Source of the DNA: a virus
Lineage: Duplodnaviria > Caudoviricetes
Direction: 5' to 3' (one strand)
Length of the DNA stretch: 30,708 nucleotides
IMG/VR virus record: IMGVR_UViG_3300005611_000140
Coordinates: 1 to 30,708 of that record
Shown: in pieces, positions 26,072 through 30,708 of the stretch
How positions within the stretch are numbered: position 1 is the stretch's first letter
How the letters are laid out: each line of letters begins with the position of its first letter
The notes under the pieces: model-generated
The model's database searches: none
What the model was told of the DNA's origin: nothing
Seen by the model: the letters and a program-made list of their open reading frames with translations, nothing else
Position numbers and translations under genes: made by a program

Positions 26072-28518
26072 TGTTTGACAGCAATCAGTTTTTCGGAGTA
26101 TCAGCAGCAGGTGGCTTCTACCCCAAGACCATTGACCAGTCTTTGCGGTTTGAAGATGGGGATGGTGCTTATCTGAGCCAAACTTTTGGTCAGTCAGGAG
26201 ACAGCAACAAAACATTTACATTTTCATTTTGGTTTAAGCGTGGAAGTGTCACCACAACTCAATACTTATTTGTTACAAACCCTGCTTCTAGCAGTGCCGG
26301 ATACATTTACATAGATGCCGGAGGTCAATTTGTCTATTATGATTTTCGGCAAGGCGGAAATGGTGAAATTTTTAGATCAAACGCATTGTTGCGTGACCCT
26401 TCTGCTTGGTATCACATTGTTGTAAGTGTTGATTATACTGCGGCAACAGACACTGATAGAGCAAAAATTTATATCAATGGAAATCTAGCATCAAAAGCAT
26501 CTGGCTTGTATCCAAATAACACAACGGATAGTTCATACTTTAATTTTGGTAGTAATCCAGTATTGTATATTTCTGCCAATCCTAATTACCTAGACGGCTA
26601 CCTAGCCGAAGTTCACTTCACAGACGGTACAAGTTACACGGCTGACGCTTTCGGTGAACTGAAGTCAGGTATCTGGGTTGCTAAGTCACCATCAGTCACA
26701 TACGGCACGAATGGGTTTAAGCTGACGTTTGAAGACTCTGCCGCTATTGGTGATGACACATCAGGTAACGGCAACGATTGGACAGTCAACAACCTAGTTG
26801 CAAGTGATGTAGTGTTGGATAGTCCGACGAATAACTTTGCGGTGTTGAACTCAGTCAACAAAGACTCTGTTGTTGAGACACGAGAAGGAAATCTGAAGGC
26901 AGTTTGTAGTGCCGCAAACCAAGGATCAGTTTTTGGTACATTTGGCCCGCAAACAGGCAAGTGGTACTGGGAAGTATTGATTGATGCAAACAAGCGTGGT
27001 GTTTATGGCTACGCAGATGCTCAAGGACTGAATCGTACAGGATTACAGATAGGCAGTAGTTCAACAACATTAGACAGACTTGAGGATGGTTCAGCAACAT
27101 CTGTTACAGGTGATGCTTCTACTGGCAGTATTCTGGCATTTGCGTTTGATCTTGATGCCAAGTCTTTTACGGTTTATCTCAATGGTTCAAGTCTGACCAC
27201 TGGTACTTATTCAAATACTGAAGATCTATTCCCATTCTTCAGGGACAACTCGGGGTCTGCGTTTACTACCAACGTCAACTTCGGCCAAGACTCAACATTC
27301 GCAGGAAACCTCACAGCAGGCGGCAACTCTGACGATAACGGCATCGGAGACTTCAAGTACGCACCGCCATCGGGCTTTTTAGCACTCTGCACAGCCAACC
27401 TACCAGACCCTGTTATTGACCCTGCACAGGATGCTACGCCTGAAGATCATTTTAATGTGGTCACTTACTCAGGAAATTCTAGCAGTTTAAGTGTTACAGG
27501 TGTGGGATTTGAGCCAGATTTTACATGGATTAAAAACCGTACATCAGCCAGTGATTACCACACATTCTTTGACAAAGTGCGTGGCACGAATGGTTCATAC
27601 TATTCATTTTTATTATGCCCATACACAGGGACAGAAGATTATGCTCCGCAAGGCGGAAATGGTGGATTTGGTGCGATTGAAACATTCGACACTGATGGGT
27701 TTACTTTAGACTCATCCAACTCTGATTGGAGTCGCACAAACGAATCGGGACAAGACTATGTAGCTTTTAATTGGTCTTTACCAACAACAGTGTCAGGCTC
27801 AACAGCCGGAGTAGGAACTTCACAATCTTATACAGGCAGAGCCAATGCTGATGCAGGAGTCTCAATTATTGCGTATAGCGGTAATAATAGTGGTGGTCAC
27901 AGAATCCCGCATCATTTGAATGAAGCTCCTGAGTTTGTGATCTGTAAAGGTAGAACATTTTTACAGGGATGGCCGGCTTATCACGCATACCAAGATATAA
28001 CGAATCCAGAAGATATTTACTTAGAACTAAATACCACTAACTATCGAAATCAAGATAATGCACTTTTTTGGAATGATACAAAGCCAGATAGCACCCACGT
28101 TACATTAGGTTCAATCGCTTGGCTTAATGGAAGCGGATATGATTATGTGATGTATTCATTTCATTCCGTTGATGGATTTAGCAAGGTAGGGCAATACACC
28201 GGAAATGGGTCTGCAACAGACGGCACGTTTGTCTATACGGGGTTCAGGCCGAAATGGGTGATGATAAAACAAGTATCAAGCGCAGGATGGGGTTGGTATA
28301 TTTTTGATTCTGAAAGGTCACAAGACAATGTGGTCGATGATTACATCAATGCTGCTTCTGTTGCAGGTGAAGTCTCTAATTCCACAACAGCCGATATTGA
28401 TTTTCTATCTAATGGGTTTAAGTTGCGTGGTTCATTCCAAGGAACGAATGAAAACCTGATGGACTTTAGCTACTTAGCTTTCGCGGAACAGCCCGCAAAA
28501 TACTCAAACGCAAGGTAA
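26071..28518 (+). CDS. receptor-binding tail fibre with LamG/ConA-like and SPRY-like domains
   Basis: IDQSLRF, TFSFWFKR, RDPSAWYHIVV, DSPTNNF, GKWYWEV, NFGQD, YTGFRP.WVMIK, DFLSNGFK.R. Confidence 0.8.
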   Translation: MFDSNQFFGVSAAGGFYPKTIDQSLRFEDGDGAYLSQTFGQSGDSNKTFTFSFWFKRGSVTTTQYLFVTNPASSSAGYIYIDAGGQFVYYDFRQGGNGEIFRSNALLRDPSAWYHIVVSVDYTAATDTDRAKIYINGNLASKASGLYPNNTTDSSYFNFGSNPVLYISANPNYLDGYLAEVHFTDGTSYTADAFGELKSGIWVAKSPSVTYGTNGFKLTFEDSAAIGDDTSGNGNDWTVNNLVASDVVLDSPTNNFAVLNSVNKDSVVETREGNLKAVCSAANQGSVFGTFGPQTGKWYWEVLIDANKRGVYGYADAQGLNRTGLQIGSSSTTLDRLEDGSATSVTGDASTGSILAFAFDLDAKSFTVYLNGSSLTTGTYSNTEDLFPFFRDNSGSAFTTNVNFGQDSTFAGNLTAGGNSDDNGIGDFKYAPPSGFLALCTANLPDPVIDPAQDATPEDHFNVVTYSGNSSSLSVTGVGFEPDFTWIKNRTSASDYHTFFDKVRGTNGSYYSFLLCPYTGTEDYAPQGGNGGFGAIETFDTDGFTLDSSNSDWSRTNESGQDYVAFNWSLPTTVSGSTAGVGTSQSYTGRANADAGVSIIAYSGNNSGGHRIPHHLNEAPEFVICKGRTFLQGWPAYHAYQDITNPEDIYLELNTTNYRNQDNALFWNDTKPDSTHVTLGSIAWLNGSGYDYVMYSFHSVDGFSKVGQYTGNGSATDGTFVYTGFRPKWVMIKQVSSAGWGWYIFDSERSQDNVVDDYINAASVAGEVSNSTTADIDFLSNGFKLRGSFQGTNENLMDFSYLAFAEQPAKYSNAR

Positions 28519-28523
28519 TTATC

Positions 28524-29066
28524 ATGTACACATACAATGAACGTATTATCAGAGCAGGACGTAGTTGGACAGACTCCAATGGCGTGAAGCACCCAACCAA
28601 CTGGATGAACTGGGACGATGCTACCAAGACTGCAATGGGTCTTGTGTGGGTAGACGATCCTGCACCATTCGACAATCGGTTCTACTGGTCAGCAAACAAT
28701 CCAAAGAACATCAACGATGTGAATGAGGTTGATGAAAACGGCAATGCTGTCTTGGACGCTGACGGTAATCAGGTGGTCACCAAAGGACTCAAGAGCAACG
28801 CCATTGCACAGACTAAAGTGACAGCAGGATCGCTACTGGCTCCAACAGACTGGTATGTGACTCGAAAAGCTGAGACTCAGACATCGATTCCACAAACAGT
28901 CAGGGATTATCGATCAGCGGTTCGTACAGCATCAGGCACGATTGAAGCGGCGATCAATGCGTGTACAACACACGCGCAATTTATGGCGCTTTACGAAACT
29001 CCGGTTGATGCTGATGGAAATCCAACTGGCAACGCTCCGATTGCTGATTGGCCTGAAAGTATCTGA
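28524..29066 (+). CDS. tail fibre assembly chaperone-like protein
   Basis: LLAPTDWYV.R......IP.....YR.AVR, C-terminal WP. Confidence 0.7.
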   Translation: MYTYNERIIRAGRSWTDSNGVKHPTNWMNWDDATKTAMGLVWVDDPAPFDNRFYWSANNPKNINDVNEVDENGNAVLDADGNQVVTKGLKSNAIAQTKVTAGSLLAPTDWYVTRKAETQTSIPQTVRDYRSAVRTASGTIEAAINACTTHAQFMALYETPVDADGNPTGNAPIADWPESI

Positions 29067-29104
29067 TAAAATAGTGATCGAAACCAACCTGGGAGTAGAT
29101 CACA

Positions 29105-29293
29105 GTGTCCACAACCGCCGAGACGACTAAACACGCCATCGACGCAGTATCCGTATTCACTGTAATCGGTACTCTTTCTGATTTATTACCGCCACTGGCG
29201 GCATTCTTTACGATCCTATGGACAGGCATCAGAATCTATGAAACGGAGACGGTCCAACGCGCGATAGGACGGCGCAAGGACGATGATCGCTGA
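29105..29293 (+). CDS. small membrane protein, holin-like
   Basis: Two hydrophobic segments and a charged C-terminus, start of the lysis region. Confidence 0.5.
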   Translation: MSTTAETTKHAIDAVSVFTVIGTLSDLLPPLAAFFTILWTGIRIYETETVQRAIGRRKDDDR

Positions 29294-29717
29294 ATTAGCT
29301 GTATTCAACGCAGCAGTCGCCACAATCAAAGAGGCGGCTAATCACGGTAAAGACATTGTTGCTATGGGTAAATCTCTGGCGGCATTGTTTGACGCTGAAG
29401 CGCAAATCAACAAACGACTCCAAGAAAATGGTCAATCTGACATCGAGGCGTACCTCGCCAAGGTAGAGATTGATCAAAAGATGGACGAACTTCGTACCTT
29501 GCTGAAATGGACTGGACATTGGGAGCCATTCATGCAATTCAGGGCGCAACAGAAAAAGCGAAGGGATTCTGAAGCTCAAGCGATCAAGCAGAAAGTCGCT
29601 ATCCGAAGAAAGAAGCTGTTTGATGCGATATTCATCATCGTTGTGGCGTTAAGCGCGCTCACAGCCGTGGGGTTCGCATTCTGGGCAATTCTAGCATTCA
29701 AGCGAGGTGGCGTATGA
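29283..29717 (+). CDS. coiled-coil protein with C-terminal transmembrane helix
   Basis: Basic stretch then FIIVVALSALTAVGFAFWAILAF. Confidence 0.6.
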   Translation: MIAELAVFNAAVATIKEAANHGKDIVAMGKSLAALFDAEAQINKRLQENGQSDIEAYLAKVEIDQKMDELRTLLKWTGHWEPFMQFRAQQKKRRDSEAQAIKQKVAIRRKKLFDAIFIIVVALSALTAVGFAFWAILAFKRGGV

Positions 29718-29899
29718 TGTGGATTCTTTTTGTTATACTACTAGAGGCGGATCGCTACTATGTTTCAACGCAAGGCATGTATCCCACGATGGACGGATGC
29801 TTTGAGGCAAGGGACTTCTTTATAGCGACCGCACCTCAACCAAAGATCAACTACGAGGCGATCTGCATCCAAACCGACAAACTGAACGGAGGTACATGA
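29714..29899 (+). CDS. small hypothetical protein with two Cys
   Basis: GAGGTG RBS, ATGA overlaps at both ends. Confidence 0.55.
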   Translation: MMWILFVILLEADRYYVSTQGMYPTMDGCFEARDFFIATAPQPKINYEAICIQTDKLNGGT

Positions 29900-30267
29900 T
29901 GCTTGGCGTACTATCAAAGATATTAGGGTCTGGCGATGTCATTAAGAAAGGCATGGACCTGATTGATGACATGCACACTTCCACAGAAGAAGAGATTGCA
30001 GCTAAGTCAAAGGCGAAAATTGACCTCATGAATGCCTACGCCCCATTTAAGCTAGCCCAGAGATACATTGCTCTGATGTTTACGGCAGTATTCTTGATCA
30101 TGTTCGCCTTGGTTGTTGCCATGATCCTTGGTGGTAAGGGCGACATTGATGCTGTCAAGCAGGTCATCGGAGATTTCTGGATTGGCGAAATCATGCTGAT
30201 GATTGTTGGATTTTATTTCGGCGGAGGTTTAGCAGAGTCAGTTGGCTCGGCAAGGAACAAGAAATGA
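29896..30267 (+). CDS. holin (3TM/GTA-type-like)
   Basis: IDDMHTS.EE, two long hydrophobic helices, GFYFGG; directly upstream of the endolysin. Confidence 0.7.
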   Translation: MMLGVLSKILGSGDVIKKGMDLIDDMHTSTEEEIAAKSKAKIDLMNAYAPFKLAQRYIALMFTAVFLIMFALVVAMILGGKGDIDAVKQVIGDFWIGEIMLMIVGFYFGGGLAESVGSARNKK

Positions 30268-30644
30268 CTTGGAGTTCACCATTCTTCACAGAGGAAGAGA
30301 TGCGATGTCAGTGTGGGTGCGAGCAGGACGGCATGCACAGCGAATTTATGGAGAAGCTGACGAGCCTACGAGCCGATTGGGGACAACCGATGACGGTGAC
30401 AAGCGGTTACCGTTGTCCGAATCATCCGATAGAGGCAAAGAAGGCAAAGCCAGGCACTCACGCAAGCGGCAGGGCAGTTGATATAGCGGTTCAAGGAGAA
30501 GATGCATACAAGTTCTTGTGTGCAGCGCTAGGGCATGGATTCACGGGGATAGGCGTAAACCAGAAAGGTTCTGCGCGGTTCATACATCTGGATGATCTGA
30601 CGCGAGACGAAGGCTGGCCTAGACCGACAATTTGGTCATATTGA
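30264..30644 (+). CDS. peptidase M15 family endolysin
   Basis: F...E..C.CGC, SGYRC..H, H..GRAVD, FIHLD. Confidence 0.88.
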   Translation: MTWSSPFFTEEEMRCQCGCEQDGMHSEFMEKLTSLRADWGQPMTVTSGYRCPNHPIEAKKAKPGTHASGRAVDIAVQGEDAYKFLCAALGHGFTGIGVNQKGSARFIHLDDLTRDEGWPRPTIWSY

Positions 30645-30708
30645 TAAGACGGGACAATGGAGAAAAGGAAGTTTCCAGCGTCCCAGTCAGAGGCATTGAG
30701 ACAAGGTG

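Noticed and set aside
26071-28518. Possible diversity-generating retroelement target
   Set aside because: No reverse transcriptase and no TR/VR repeat pair seen in the window
30648-30690. Weak dyad GACGGGAC...GTCCCAGTC after the endolysin
   Set aside because: Long loop, mismatch and no T tract; truncated context at the window end

Overview
Most of the genome of a lambda-like (cos/gpA-terminase) tailed phage, probably aquatic and infecting a proteobacterium; every credible gene is on the + strand. Order: overlapping divergent promoters and a Cro-like gene; replication/recombination module (HJ-resolvase-like nuclease, Sak4-like ATPase, DUF669-type SSB, primase zinc finger, RepA/AAA_25 helicase, hairpin-rich putative origin); a C5 DNA methyltransferase with a nested alternative-frame gene; a displaced gpZ-like gene bracketed by CCCACnGTGGG boxes; a ~1.5 kb GATC-free, GCGC-rich operon of small genes bracketed by two arrays of Fis-consensus repeats and ending at a lambda cosQ-like sequence; head genes (short TerS, TerL, gpW, portal, multi-domain protease-capsid fusion); a glycosyltransferase/methyltransferase cluster inside the head-neck operon; tail genes with a -1 frameshift chaperone; LamG/SPRY-like fibre; lysis cassette. 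No integrase, repressor, tRNA, rRNA or CRISPR array seen. All family assignments come from motif recognition by eye, not database searches.
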